Source: Clostridia bacterium
GTDB taxonomy: Bacteria > Bacillota > Clostridia > TANB77 > RGIG9151
Assembly: GCA_017934955.1 (NCBI GenBank)
Contig: JAGBIO010000002.1
Location: 20,177-52,176 of the forward strand
Length of the DNA: 32,000 bases
Direction: 5' to 3'
Below are positions 17,015-25,937 of this stretch, piece by piece. Made by a program: the position numbers and the translations under genes. Numbering within the stretch: position 1 is the stretch's first letter; every line of letters begins with the position of its first letter. The notes below the pieces were generated by a model. It made no database searches and was not told where the DNA came from. It saw only the letters and a list, made by a program, of their open reading frames with translations.

Positions 17015-17467
17015 ATGTCAGCTTTAATCAACAAGATGTTGAACTTAGTAGGCTTCGATAATGAAGAGGAACTCACGGATGAGGAAGTTTACAATTCAAA
17101 TGAGACACCGAAGAATCAAGAGAATCTGAAGGGAAATTATAACCCTTTTAAGAAGAATGGAAAGGTTGTGAATTTATCTGATGCGAATCAGTTAAAGTTA
17201 GTTGTGATGCAACCGAATTCTTTTGACGACGCTCAAGATGTGTGTGATCATTTAAAGGAGAAAAAACCGGTCGTTATAAATTTAGAGTATGCAGATAAAG
17301 ATACTGCGAGAAGATTAATTGATTTTTTAAGTGGTGCTGTTTATGGCGTGGATGGTCATATTCAGAAGGTTTCGTCATCAATCTTTTTAATTGTGCCTTA
17401 TAATGTGGACATTTTAAGTGAAGGAAAAGATGACAGAAATAAAGGCACTTTCCCTTGGATAAAATAG
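17015..17467 (+). CDS. sepF: Cell division protein SepF
   Basis: Conserved C-terminal SepF domain (VVMQPNSFDDAQDVCDHLKEKKPVVINLE...ARRLIDFLSGAVYGVDGHIQKV). ATG 17015 after AGGGAGG. Confidence 0.88.
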   Translation: MSALINKMLNLVGFDNEEELTDEEVYNSNETPKNQENLKGNYNPFKKNGKVVNLSDANQLKLVVMQPNSFDDAQDVCDHLKEKKPVVINLEYADKDTARRLIDFLSGAVYGVDGHIQKVSSSIFLIVPYNVDILSEGKDDRNKGTFPWIK

Positions 17468-17499
17468 GAATGTTTTGTTATGGGGATAATTTTGAATGG

Positions 17500-17551
17500 G
17501 CATAGAAATTTTTCCCTTCGGAAAGAGAAGAATTTCTATGCTCATTTCTTT
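17500..17551 (+). terminator. Intrinsic terminator after sepF
   Basis: 11-bp stem GCATAGAAATT / AATTTCTATGC (17500-17510 / 17531-17541), followed by a T-rich tract. Confidence 0.5.
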
Positions 17552-17619
17552 GTAAGCGGCTTTGACTCAGCCGTTTTACGTTAAAAATTTCGGGTCAGAA
17601 AGGCTAATGGGGCGATGTT

Positions 17620-18057
17620 ATGATTACACCATTGGAACTTGAGAAGAATGAGTTTAAGAAGACTTTGGGCGGTTATTCGAGAAGGTCTGTTGATACGTTT
17701 TTTGCGAAAGTAAATCAGGATTATGAGGCGTTATATAAAGAGAATATTGAGTTAAAGGATCGGATTGCGTTATTGAATGAGGGCATCAGTCAGTATAAGG
17801 CGATGGAAGAGGTTTTGAAGAATTCGATGATTGCGGCGCAGAATGCGGCGGAGGAGATTAAGCGAAATGCGCAGGAGAAAGCGGAAAATATTCTTCAAGA
17901 GGCGGAATTTTTAGCTCAGAAGAACCGAGAGTTTTCGAATCAGGAAGTGATTGATAAGAAGAATGAGATGGAGAAGATTCGGCAGGAAGTGGCGGTTTAT
18001 AAGAGCAAGATTGAGTCGATTATTAAGTCGCAGTTGGAGCTGCTAAAAGAACTATAA
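17620..18057 (+). CDS. divIVA: DivIVA-domain protein
   Basis: N-terminal DivIVA signature (ITPLELEKNEFKKTLGGYSRRSVDTFF) followed by coiled coil. Confidence 0.85.
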   Translation: MITPLELEKNEFKKTLGGYSRRSVDTFFAKVNQDYEALYKENIELKDRIALLNEGISQYKAMEEVLKNSMIAAQNAAEEIKRNAQEKAENILQEAEFLAQKNREFSNQEVIDKKNEMEKIRQEVAVYKSKIESIIKSQLELLKEL

Positions 18058-18063
18058 AAAGAA

Positions 18064-18095
18064 AGAGGAGAATTCGCGAGAATCTCCTCTTTTTG
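18064..18095 (+). terminator. Intrinsic terminator after divIVA
   Basis: AGAGGAGAATTC / GAATCTCCTCT stem (one bulge), then TTTT. Confidence 0.7.
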
Positions 18096-18137
18096 GGTTA
18101 TTACACCCTCTTGGATTTACAGCGATTATGCCGTTAT

Positions 18138-18186
18138 TGTAGGGGACGGCGTCCTCGACGTCCCGATGTATAGTCTGACTTGTAAC
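18138..18186. repeat. Second-core element: TGTAG + GGGACGGCGTCCTCGACGTCCCGAT (18138-18167), then right arm TCTGACTTGTAAC (18174-18186)
   Basis: 27/30 match to the reverse complement of 9694-9723. GGACG-G-CGTCC is itself palindromic. It shares the TGTAGGGAC start and the ..TGTAAC arm with the main family. Confidence 0.75.
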
Positions 18187-18215
18187 AAACATTGGAAAAA
18201 TTTTGCGGGAAATGC

Positions 18216-18244
18216 TTGTATAAAATTTGTCGATGTGGTATGAT
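18216..18244 (+). promoter_or_regulatory. Candidate promoter for secG
   Basis: TTGTAT (18216-18221), 17 nt, TATGAT (18239-18244), with TGG immediately upstream (extended -10 like). Confidence 0.4.
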
Positions 18245-18283
18245 AATATAGCTAATTGAGAAAACTATTGGAGGTAGAATGAT

Positions 18284-18517
18284 ATGTTGAAAACAGTTTT
18301 AATGGTTTTGCATGTAATTGTGTGCTTGACACTTATCTTTGTTGTTATACTTCAATCGGGAAGAAGTGCCGGAATTTCGGGTGAGATTGCCGGAGGAGCT
18401 GAGACTTTCTTTGGAAAGAATAAGGCTAGAACATTGAATGGAATGTTGGGAAGAATGACAACGATTGCTGCTGTTGTTTTTGTGATTACATCACTTGCAT
18501 TGACAATAGTTTGGTAA
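18284..18517 (+). CDS. secG: Preprotein translocase subunit SecG
   Basis: 77 aa, two TM helices and a G-rich loop (LQSGRSAGISGEIAGG), typical of SecG. Confidence 0.88.
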   Translation: MLKTVLMVLHVIVCLTLIFVVILQSGRSAGISGEIAGGAETFFGKNKARTLNGMLGRMTTIAAVVFVITSLALTIVW

Positions 18518-18521
18518 GGAA

Positions 18522-18551
18522 GAGAGGGCCAAGAGATTGGCTCTTTTGTTT
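18522..18551 (+). terminator. Probable intrinsic terminator after secG
   Basis: GAGAGGGCC ... GGCTCTTTT stem with G-U pairs, followed by a T-rich tail. Confidence 0.4.
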
Positions 18552-18576
18552 TATACAGAGAATTTGGGTGAGGTAT

Positions 18577-18673
18577 GGACAGCATGAATGCTGTCCGTAC
18601 GGAGATTGAGATATAAAGTGTTACTAAAGGCATTAATGAGAAGGAATGGACAGCATGAATGCTATCCGTACGG
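18577..18673 (+). repeat. Two core palindromes 71 nt apart: 18577-18596 + GTACGG, and 18648-18667 + GTACGG (the second has one stem mismatch, GCTATCC)
   Basis: Read directly. Lies between secG and rnr. Confidence 0.9.
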
Positions 18674-18694
18674 AAGGGAAGAGACATTTAAGTT

Positions 18695-20629
18695 ATGGCG
18701 ATTATTATAACAGGAATTTTTGAAGCGAATGAGAAGGGGTTTGGATTTGTTCGTCCGGAGGATGAGAATGAGGCGGATATTTTTATTCCACCGTCTGATG
18801 TGAAGGGTGCTTGGGATGGAGATAAGGTAGAAGTGCGTGTTGTTTCTATGGGGGATGAGCACAGAGGTCCTGAGGGGATTATTACGAAGATTTTGGAGCG
18901 GAATCACAAGCAGATTATCGGGCGTTTTGAGAGAAGTAAGAATTTTGCGTTTGTGGTGCCGTTGGATAAGAAGATTTCGCAGGATATTTTTATTTCGAAG
19001 AATGAGTTTAACGGTGCGAAGAATAATGAGGTTGTGACGGTGGAGATTACGAAGTGGCCGGCTTCGCGTCGAAGTGCTGAGGGAAAAGTGGTGAGTCGGT
19101 TAGGAAAAATCGGCGCTCCGGGTGTGGATATTTTGGCGATTATGTATTCGCATGATTTGACGGAGGATTTTCCGAAAGAAGTTTTGGCGCAGGTGAAGAA
19201 GATTCAGGAGGAGATTCCGGCGGAGGAGTATAAAAAGAGAAGAGATTTGCGTGACGTGAAGATGGTGACGATTGATGGTGAAGATGCGAAGGATTTGGAT
19301 GATGCGGTGTCTATTTCGAAGTTAGAAAATGGAAATTACCGTCTTGGAGTGCATATTGCGGATGTTTCGTTTTATGTAAAAGAGGGGTCTGCGTTAGATA
19401 AAGAGGCGTATGAGAGAGGTACCAGCGTGTATTTGGTGGATCGTGTGATTCCGATGTTGCCGAGAAAGTTGTCGAATGGAGTTTGCAGCTTGAATATGGG
19501 AGAGGATAGGCTGGCGTTTTCGGTGATGATGGAGATTGACGAGAAAGGTAAAATTCTTGGTAGCGATATCTTTAAGAGTGTGATTCATATTGATGAGCGT
19601 ATGAATTATTCGGATGTGACGAAGATCTTAGAGGGAGATAAGGCTTTAAGAAAGCGTTATCAGGCGTTTGTGGATGAGTTTTCGATGATGGCGGAATTGT
19701 CTCGGATTTTACGGGCACGTCGTGTGAAGCGTGGAAGTATCGATTTTGATATTCCGGAGGCTAAGGTGATTTTGGATGAGTCGGGTAAGCCGATTGAGAT
19801 TAAGAAGTATGAGATAACGGTTTCGAATAATATAATTGAAGATTTTATGTTGGCGGCGAATGAGACGGTTGCAGAGCGGTTTTTCTGGTTGGAAGTGCCG
19901 TTTATGTTTCGTGTGCATGATTTGCCGGATTCTGAGAAGTTGGAGGAGTTTTCGAAGTTTATTTTTAATTACGGCTATCGTGTTAAGGGACTTTCGAAGT
20001 TACAGCCGAAGGCGTTTCAGGAGCTTTTGAAGGAGATTAAGGGAAAGCCGGAGGAGAAGATTATTTCGGCGTTGATGTTACGGTCGATGCAACAGGCGAG
20101 GTACAGCGCGGAGAATACGGGACATTTCGGTTTGGCGGCGAAGTATTATTGTCATTTTACTTCTCCGATTCGGCGTTATCCGGATTTGTTTATTCATCGT
20201 GTGATGAGTGAGTTGATTGAGAATGGGTATCAGTTTAAGAATGAGAAGCGTGTGAAGAAGTTAAGAAAATTGGCGGTGGAAGGCGCGAAGCATTCGTCGG
20301 AGAAGGAACGTGAGGCACAGCTTGCGGAGCGGGATTCGGTGGATTTGAAGAAGGCGGAGTATATGGCTCAGTTTGTTGGGGAAGAGTTTGAGGGAATTAT
20401 TTCGTCGGTTACTTCTTTTGGATTTTTTGTGGAGTTGGAGAATACCATTGAGGGACTTGTGCGAGTGGAGAGTATTGAGGATGATTATTATATTTACCAG
20501 GAAAAGTTGTGTGCGATGATTGGGGAGAGAACGAATAAGATTTACCGCTTGGGTGATGTTGTGAAGGTGAGATTGATGAGAGCGGATATTGAGACGCGGA
20601 AGATTGATTTTGAGGTGGTTTGTGAATAG
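18695..20629 (+). CDS. rnr: Ribonuclease R
   Basis: Cold-shock-like N-terminus (GFGFVRPED), RNB catalytic region (DGEDAKDLDDAVS), C-terminal S1 domain (FEGIISSVTSFGFFVEL). The RBS is weak. Confidence 0.9.
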   Translation: MAIIITGIFEANEKGFGFVRPEDENEADIFIPPSDVKGAWDGDKVEVRVVSMGDEHRGPEGIITKILERNHKQIIGRFERSKNFAFVVPLDKKISQDIFISKNEFNGAKNNEVVTVEITKWPASRRSAEGKVVSRLGKIGAPGVDILAIMYSHDLTEDFPKEVLAQVKKIQEEIPAEEYKKRRDLRDVKMVTIDGEDAKDLDDAVSISKLENGNYRLGVHIADVSFYVKEGSALDKEAYERGTSVYLVDRVIPMLPRKLSNGVCSLNMGEDRLAFSVMMEIDEKGKILGSDIFKSVIHIDERMNYSDVTKILEGDKALRKRYQAFVDEFSMMAELSRILRARRVKRGSIDFDIPEAKVILDESGKPIEIKKYEITVSNNIIEDFMLAANETVAERFFWLEVPFMFRVHDLPDSEKLEEFSKFIFNYGYRVKGLSKLQPKAFQELLKEIKGKPEEKIISALMLRSMQQARYSAENTGHFGLAAKYYCHFTSPIRRYPDLFIHRVMSELIENGYQFKNEKRVKKLRKLAVEGAKHSSEKEREAQLAERDSVDLKKAEYMAQFVGEEFEGIISSVTSFGFFVELENTIEGLVRVESIEDDYYIYQEKLCAMIGERTNKIYRLGDVVKVRLMRADIETRKIDFEVVCE

Positions 20630-20630
20630 A

Positions 20631-20664
20631 AAAGGAGTCGCGGAATGCGACTCCTTTTGTGTTT
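20631..20664 (+). terminator. Intrinsic terminator after rnr
   Basis: Perfect 11-bp stem AAAGGAGTCGC / GCGACTCCTTT (20631-20641 / 20647-20657), then a T-rich tail. Confidence 0.8.
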
Positions 20665-20691
20665 GACATAAAGTTAAAATTACGATATAAT
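20663..20691 (+). promoter_or_regulatory. Perfect-consensus sigma-A promoter
   Basis: TTGACA (20663-20668), exactly 17 nt, TATAAT (20686-20691). About 70-nt leader to ATG 20767. Confidence 0.65.
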
Positions 20692-20766
20692 AAACACATT
20701 ATGGAACTTTGAAAAAGGGTGTCGATTGGCAGACCGGACGAATAAAAAAGCAGGGGGACGTAGAAG

Positions 20767-21453
20767 ATGAAAGATTGTAATTGGAAGGTTGGAGATTATG
20801 TGGAGTATGTGCCGAATCAGGATAAGTGTGTTATATTGGCGAGAGATTCGGGGCATAAGGAGGATCAGGAGTTTTTTCCGTCGAAAACGCGACTGTGGCG
20901 AGTTTTTCGATGGGGAGAAGAAATTGAACTGGTGGCGGCAAAGAGTGGCGGAAAGTTGACTTTGTGCGGATTTGAAGGATTTCAGAATTCGGCGGATATT
21001 TTGAATTATTTGTCAGAGGCTCATGTGAATCGGCGTTATGCGAGTTGTGGGCGGAGCCTTGGAAGTCAGAGTCCGATGATACCGGTGAATCGTGGAATTA
21101 CCTTTCCCATAGACGCACAGGGAATAGTTCAAGCGGGAGTGCCGAGGCGTTTTGATGCAGGCGATGTGGAGCAGCTGAATGCGTATGATTTGTTTCCGTC
21201 GAAGCGTGGAATGGTTTGGCTTGCGGCAAATTATCGGATTTTGAATAAGGGGGAAGAGTATTGTAATTGTCGCTGTGTGCGGTGTGAAAATGGGGATGCG
21301 GTTGGTGTTTGTTTACAGTATACGCATTGTGGTGAGTATCCGAAGCAATTTGCTCAGACGAAGAATGTGATGCCGATTGTTCGGCTGCGTCCGGAGGTTC
21401 GGCTTGAGGAAGGAATGGGGACGGAGAAGAGTCCTTATAAGGTTGTGATTTAA
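20767..21453 (+). CDS. Hypothetical Cys-rich protein (228 aa)
   Basis: RBS AGGGGGA. C-terminal cluster CNCRCVRC...C...C. No family recognised. Confidence 0.7.
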   Translation: MKDCNWKVGDYVEYVPNQDKCVILARDSGHKEDQEFFPSKTRLWRVFRWGEEIELVAAKSGGKLTLCGFEGFQNSADILNYLSEAHVNRRYASCGRSLGSQSPMIPVNRGITFPIDAQGIVQAGVPRRFDAGDVEQLNAYDLFPSKRGMVWLAANYRILNKGEEYCNCRCVRCENGDAVGVCLQYTHCGEYPKQFAQTKNVMPIVRLRPEVRLEEGMGTEKSPYKVVI

Positions 21454-21456
21454 GAG

Positions 21457-21487
21457 AAAAGAGGCTGTCTTGGGACGGCCTCTTTTC
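21457..21487 (+). terminator. Intrinsic terminator
   Basis: 9-bp stem GAGGCTGTC / GACGGCCTC (21461-21469 / 21474-21482), loop TTGG, then TTTT. Confidence 0.75.
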
Positions 21488-21585
21488 CTTAATGGACAGC
21501 ATGAATGCTGTCCGTACAGTGAGATAGAAATATATTTCCTTAATGGACAGCATGAATGCTGTCCGTACAGTAAGATAGAAAACAT
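21487..21585 (+). repeat. Tandem array, 2 x 51 bp, each unit with core GGACAGCATGAATGCTGTCC + GTACAG (21494-21513, 21545-21564)
   Basis: Units start at 21487 and 21538. Lies in the convergent gap before the thioesterase stop. Confidence 0.9.
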
Positions 21586-21587
21586 GG

Positions 21588-22319
21588 TTAGAAAGAAAAA
21601 ATGACGTGGAAGGAGATTTTTTCTTTGGTTTTATTGCAGCCTTGGATGATGATTTGGTTGTTTTGGTTGGATTTTTTAATTTCGAAGATGTCTTTTTTGG
21701 AGAGTTCGGAGAGGAAGTAGATGTCGATTCGTTTTAAGTTTTCTAAGTTTGCGATTTCTTCGTCGGTGAGGACGTCGTAGGCGAATTCAGTGTAGCGATA
21801 GTTGTTGACGTGACCGAGTACGTCTATGTAGCTGTTTTGGACTTGCTTTTCGGCGACGGTTTGAAAGTCTGCGATTGGTTTGAAACTATGAGTTGCTTCT
21901 ATGGTGTGTTCTTCGTGGAAGGTGATACTGCCGAAAGGAGTTTCTTTTTTTCGATAGATGCTTCTGGTTTGTAGGTCTAAAAGGAAAGAGAAGGAAGTAC
22001 CGCAGAAGATAACGTCGTTTCCTTGATAAAATTCAAAGTCTCTTTGATAAAGAGGTCCTTTATGTGAGGATGCCCATGTTTTGGCGGTGAGTTCGGGATT
22101 TCCTTTTATAGGGCGGTTGAGTTGGATGGACATGGAGGTGAGGGCCCATGCGAGTCCGTATTTTGAGGTGATTCCGATATCCCATTTATTATTGATTAAG
22201 TGTTCTTCAATGATTTTTGCAATCATCAATGGGTAAGCGTATGGCTTTAACACGTTATTTTCGTTTAATTCGCAAACTTCGGGTTTGCAGTGATAGGTGT
22301 AGGATTTTTCGTCGTTCAT
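21588..22319 (-). CDS. Acyl-ACP thioesterase family protein (putative)
   Basis: 243 aa with length and double hot-dog-like layout consistent with this family. RBS AAGGAGG. The family call is from memory only. Confidence 0.5.
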   Translation of the reverse strand: MNDEKSYTYHCKPEVCELNENNVLKPYAYPLMIAKIIEEHLINNKWDIGITSKYGLAWALTSMSIQLNRPIKGNPELTAKTWASSHKGPLYQRDFEFYQGNDVIFCGTSFSFLLDLQTRSIYRKKETPFGSITFHEEHTIEATHSFKPIADFQTVAEKQVQNSYIDVLGHVNNYRYTEFAYDVLTDEEIANLENLKRIDIYFLSELSKKDIFEIKKSNQNNQIIIQGCNKTKEKISFHVIFSF

Positions 22320-22341
22320 TTTGATTCCTCCTTAGTTATTG

Positions 22342-22551
22342 GGACACAATAAATTGTGTCCGTACAATGATTGCGATATCATCGTAGAAAGCGATATTTT
22401 GAACTGTAATATTTTTAGCTTAGAATTAGGACAGCATGAATGCTGTCCGTACGGTGCAGAGCTCTTTTAGATTAGAATGTGGACAGCATGAATGCTGTCC
22501 CTACAATGATAGCACACAATCATTGTAGAAAGCTATATTTTGAACTGTAAC
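22342..22551 (+). repeat. Cluster of three cores plus modules. Parts: variant core GGACACAATAAATTGTGTCC + GTACA (22342-22366) with hairpin-2 and right arm (to 22410); core 22429-22448 + GTACGG; core 22481-22500 + CTACAATGAT-N7-ATCATTGTAG (22501-22528) + AAAGCTATATTTTGAACTGTAAC (22529-22551).
   Basis: Read directly. Fills almost the whole gap between the thioesterase start and the pseudouridine synthase stop. Confidence 0.9.
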
Positions 22552-22561
22552 AGTTGTAGGC

Positions 22562-23413
22562 TTAGAATTTAGGACATAGAGTTACTTCTTTGCCGTTTAG
22601 GTAGTTTAGGATTCCGGCGTCGTTGGAGAAGCAGAAGCGGAGTTTGTAGGCGGTGAGTTCTTGGTATTTTTTCCCGTAACGTTTATTGGCTTCATAATCT
22701 CCGTATTTTCCGTCTCCGATGATGGGATGTCCGATATAGGCTAAATGGGCGCGGATTTGGTGGGTTCTTCCGGTGACAAGTTCGACTTCTAAGTAGCTGG
22801 AGTCGTTGTCTTCTTTTGTAACGGTGTACTTTGTGGTAATTGGGAGATAGCCTGTTTTTTGAGTGTCGCTGATATAGACCATGCTTTTTTTTCGGTCTTT
22901 GAAAAGATAGTGATTTAGGGTTTCTGATTTTTTAGGCATTTTTCCGAGAACATGGCATTGATAGTATTTTTTGATTTGTTTGGTTTGTATTTTTTCTTCC
23001 AATATTTTTAGGGTTTCTTCGTTTTTTGCGAAGAGAACAAGCCCGGCGGTGTTTCTGTCTAAGCGGTGAGCGGGGTATAGGTAGGCGTTATTGTATTGTT
23101 TTTTTAGAATGTCGAGTAGGGAGGTTTCTTCGATGGATTTTAATACCTCGATTCCTTGTGGTTTATTGGCAATTAAGATGTTGTCGTCTTCATAGATGAT
23201 TTCGGCTTTTTCGGTGGGAGTGGCTAAATAAATTTCTACAATATCCCCCGCGAAGATATTGACGTTTTGGGATACGCGTTTCCCGTTTATTTTGATGTCT
23301 TTTTTTCGGAGTAGCTTTTGAAGAGTGTTGTAGGAGATTTTTGGGTAGAAGTTTTGAATGGAAGACAAGAGTTTTAAGTTATTGTGTTTTTGGGGAACGG
23401 TAAATTTTATCAT
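22562..23413 (-). CDS. RluA-family pseudouridine synthase with N-terminal S4 domain
   Basis: Catalytic motif HRLDRNTAGLVLFAK and TGRTHQIRAH. Start moved to ATG 23413 (RBS GGAGGAAAATC), because the track extension MYGQHSCCP... is the translated repeat. Confidence 0.88.
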   Translation of the reverse strand: MIKFTVPQKHNNLKLLSSIQNFYPKISYNTLQKLLRKKDIKINGKRVSQNVNIFAGDIVEIYLATPTEKAEIIYEDDNILIANKPQGIEVLKSIEETSLLDILKKQYNNAYLYPAHRLDRNTAGLVLFAKNEETLKILEEKIQTKQIKKYYQCHVLGKMPKKSETLNHYLFKDRKKSMVYISDTQKTGYLPITTKYTVTKEDNDSSYLEVELVTGRTHQIRAHLAYIGHPIIGDGKYGDYEANKRYGKKYQELTAYKLRFCFSNDAGILNYLNGKEVTLCPKF

Positions 23414-23447
23414 GATTTTCCTCCTTATAAAGTGGATTTTAATTGAT

Positions 23448-23472
23448 GGACAGCATGAATGCTGTCCGTACA
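23448..23472 (+). repeat. Single core GGACAGCATGAATGCTGTCC + GTACA between mutS2 and the pseudouridine synthase gene
   Basis: Read directly. Confidence 0.9.
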
Positions 23473-23504
23473 AGGGTTTTGTATAACATTAGACTTGTTT
23501 CATA

Positions 23505-25856
23505 TTATTTTAATTCTGCAATTGTGACGCCGAGGTCGCCTTCGCCGAATTCTCCTAAACGATAACTTTTGACATTTGGATGATTTTTTAGAAATTCGTG
23601 TACCGCTTTTCTTAAGATTCCTTCGCCTTTTCCGTGTACAATGCGAATGGTGGAGAGGTTGGCGATTAAGGCGTGGTCGATGTATTTTTCGAGTTCGTAT
23701 AAAGCTTCGTCGACGTGCATATGGCGAAGCATGATTTCGTTACTGATGTTTTGTGCTTGTATCTTGGATGAAACCGATATTTTGACGTTGTTGACGGTGG
23801 ATTGCGGCTGTTTTGTCGGGCGGAGTTTGGAGATGTGGAGTTTGGATTTTACGATACCGGCTTGGACTTGTACGTTTTGGTCGGAGTCGGGGAGGGAGAG
23901 GACGGAGGCTTCTTGGTCGAGAGATGGGATGTAGACATTCATGCCGACTTTGATTTCAAATGGGGTGTAAGGGGTTTCGGTGTCTTCGGTTTTAACGTAA
24001 GTTTTGGAAAGTTGCTTTTTGATTTTGCTTTTGGCATTATCAAATTTTTTATTCATTTCGTTATATTTTAATTTTTTTGCTTCTTTGATTTCTTTCATGG
24101 TTTCTTTAGCGGTTTCCTCAGCGTCTAAAAGAATACCGGTCGCTTCTTCGCGTGCTTTCGTGAGAATTTTTGTTTTGTGTTCTTCTAATTTTGCTTTACT
24201 TTCGGCGAGTTCTTTTTTGAGTTTTTCGATTTCGGCGAGTTCTTGTTGTGCTTGATTTCTTTGTTGTTCTAAGGTTTGTCTGTCTTTTTGAAGTTCTGAA
24301 ATAATATCTTCGAATTTTACTTGTTCATGTGCGATGAAGTTTTTTGCGTTTTCTAAGATATATTCGGACAGTCCTAATTTTTTTGAGATGGCGAAGGCGT
24401 TACTTTTGCCGGGTAAGCCGATCATCAGTTTATAGATTGGATTTAGGGTGTTGACGTCGAATTCGCAGGAGGCGTTTTTGATGCCGGGGGTAGTAAGAGC
24501 GTAGGTTTTTAGTTCGCTGTAATGGGTGCTTGCGATTGTTCGGCATCCGAATTTATATAAGTAGTCTAAAATGGCAACCGCGAGGGCAGAGCCTTCGACA
24601 GGATCGGTGCCGGATCCGAGTTCGTCGAGGAGGACAAGAGAATTTGGAGTGATGTTTTTTAGGATGGAGATGATGTTGGTCATGTGGGAGGAGAAGGTGC
24701 TGAGGCTTTGTTCGATGCTTTGTTCGTCTCCGATGTCGGCGTAGACTTTATCAAATACAGCGATTTCCGAGTTTTCGAGGGCAGGGATGAATAAGCCGGA
24801 GTATGCCATTAGGGTTAAGAGCCCGACGGTTTTTAGGGTTACGGTTTTTCCGCCTGTATTTGGCCCTGTGATGATAAGTGACCGGAAGTCTTTTCCGATC
24901 CAGATGTCAATTGGTACGACTTTCTTGTCCGGTATGAGGGGGTGACGTGCTTGTAACAGATGAATATAACCGTTTTGATTGAGGTTTGGTGCGAAGGCTT
25001 TTTGCTGGAGGGAGAGTTTTGCTTTTGCGAAGATGAAGTCGAGGTTTGCAAGTGTTTTTTGCAGGTAGGTGAGTTCTTGGGTGATGGGCCATATTTTTGC
25101 GGATAATTCCGATAGAATTTTTTCGATTTCACTTTTTTCGTGTAAGTAGAGTTCGTGGATTCGGTTGTTGGCTTCGACGACTGCCATCGGTTCGATGAAT
25201 AGGGTTGAGCCGGTAGAGGAGGAATCGTGGACGAGTCCGGGAATGTGACTGCGGTATTCTTGTTTTACCGGAATGACGTAACGGTCATTTCTTAGCGTTA
25301 CGATACTTTCTTGTAAGTATTTTGAATAAGAACCGCCGCGAATGATGGCGTTGATTTTTTCTTTGATATTGTTTTCTTCCGATTGGATTTTTTGTCGGAT
25401 CTGGTAGAGTTCGGGGGAGGCGTGGTCGGAGATATGGTCGGTGTTGTCGATGGCTTGGTAGATGGCGGTTTCGATACCTGTGTTTTGGTAAAGGGCGTTG
25501 AATTTTTCCGATAGAATCGGGAAGTTGTCGTCTAAATTTTCCGATAGTTTTTTTAGCTTTTTGGAACCGCGAAGAGTGTCGGCGATGTTGAGGAGTTCTT
25601 CCGGCGTGAGAGTGGAGGAGATTTCGGCTCTTTTGATGGCGGTTCGAATGTCATGAATTCCGGAAAATTGCGGTGTTTCGTAGCGTAGGATGATGTTGAC
25701 GGCTTCTTGGGTTTCTGCGAGTTTTTCGGAAATTTCTTGGTAGTCCCAAGCAGGTTCGATGGTTTCGCAAAGTTCACGTCCGGGTTTTGTGAGGGCGTGA
25801 GCGGTTAATTTTTCTGCTATTTTATTATATTCTAACGTTTTTAATAATTTATTCAT
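23505..25856 (-). CDS. mutS2: Endonuclease MutS2 (MutS ATPase + C-terminal Smr domain)
   Basis: Walker A GPNTGGKT, DELGSGTDP, long coiled-coil, Smr domain (IVHGKGEGILRKAVHEFLK). RBS GGAAAGGA. Confidence 0.92.
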   Translation of the reverse strand: MNKLLKTLEYNKIAEKLTAHALTKPGRELCETIEPAWDYQEISEKLAETQEAVNIILRYETPQFSGIHDIRTAIKRAEISSTLTPEELLNIADTLRGSKKLKKLSENLDDNFPILSEKFNALYQNTGIETAIYQAIDNTDHISDHASPELYQIRQKIQSEENNIKEKINAIIRGGSYSKYLQESIVTLRNDRYVIPVKQEYRSHIPGLVHDSSSTGSTLFIEPMAVVEANNRIHELYLHEKSEIEKILSELSAKIWPITQELTYLQKTLANLDFIFAKAKLSLQQKAFAPNLNQNGYIHLLQARHPLIPDKKVVPIDIWIGKDFRSLIITGPNTGGKTVTLKTVGLLTLMAYSGLFIPALENSEIAVFDKVYADIGDEQSIEQSLSTFSSHMTNIISILKNITPNSLVLLDELGSGTDPVEGSALAVAILDYLYKFGCRTIASTHYSELKTYALTTPGIKNASCEFDVNTLNPIYKLMIGLPGKSNAFAISKKLGLSEYILENAKNFIAHEQVKFEDIISELQKDRQTLEQQRNQAQQELAEIEKLKKELAESKAKLEEHKTKILTKAREEATGILLDAEETAKETMKEIKEAKKLKYNEMNKKFDNAKSKIKKQLSKTYVKTEDTETPYTPFEIKVGMNVYIPSLDQEASVLSLPDSDQNVQVQAGIVKSKLHISKLRPTKQPQSTVNNVKISVSSKIQAQNISNEIMLRHMHVDEALYELEKYIDHALIANLSTIRIVHGKGEGILRKAVHEFLKNHPNVKSYRLGEFGEGDLGVTIAELK

Positions 25857-25937
25857 AGTTTTTTCCTTTCCTGATTTACGATAAGGAAATTATAGCAGAG
25901 ATTTGCGAGGATATCAATAAATTTGTTTGTTGCGGGG

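Noticed and set aside
20630-20766. Searched for smpB/tmRNA after rnr
   Set aside because: There is no tmRNA-like 5' end (GGGG...acceptor) or tRNA-like 3' end. The interval is only a terminator, a promoter and a leader.
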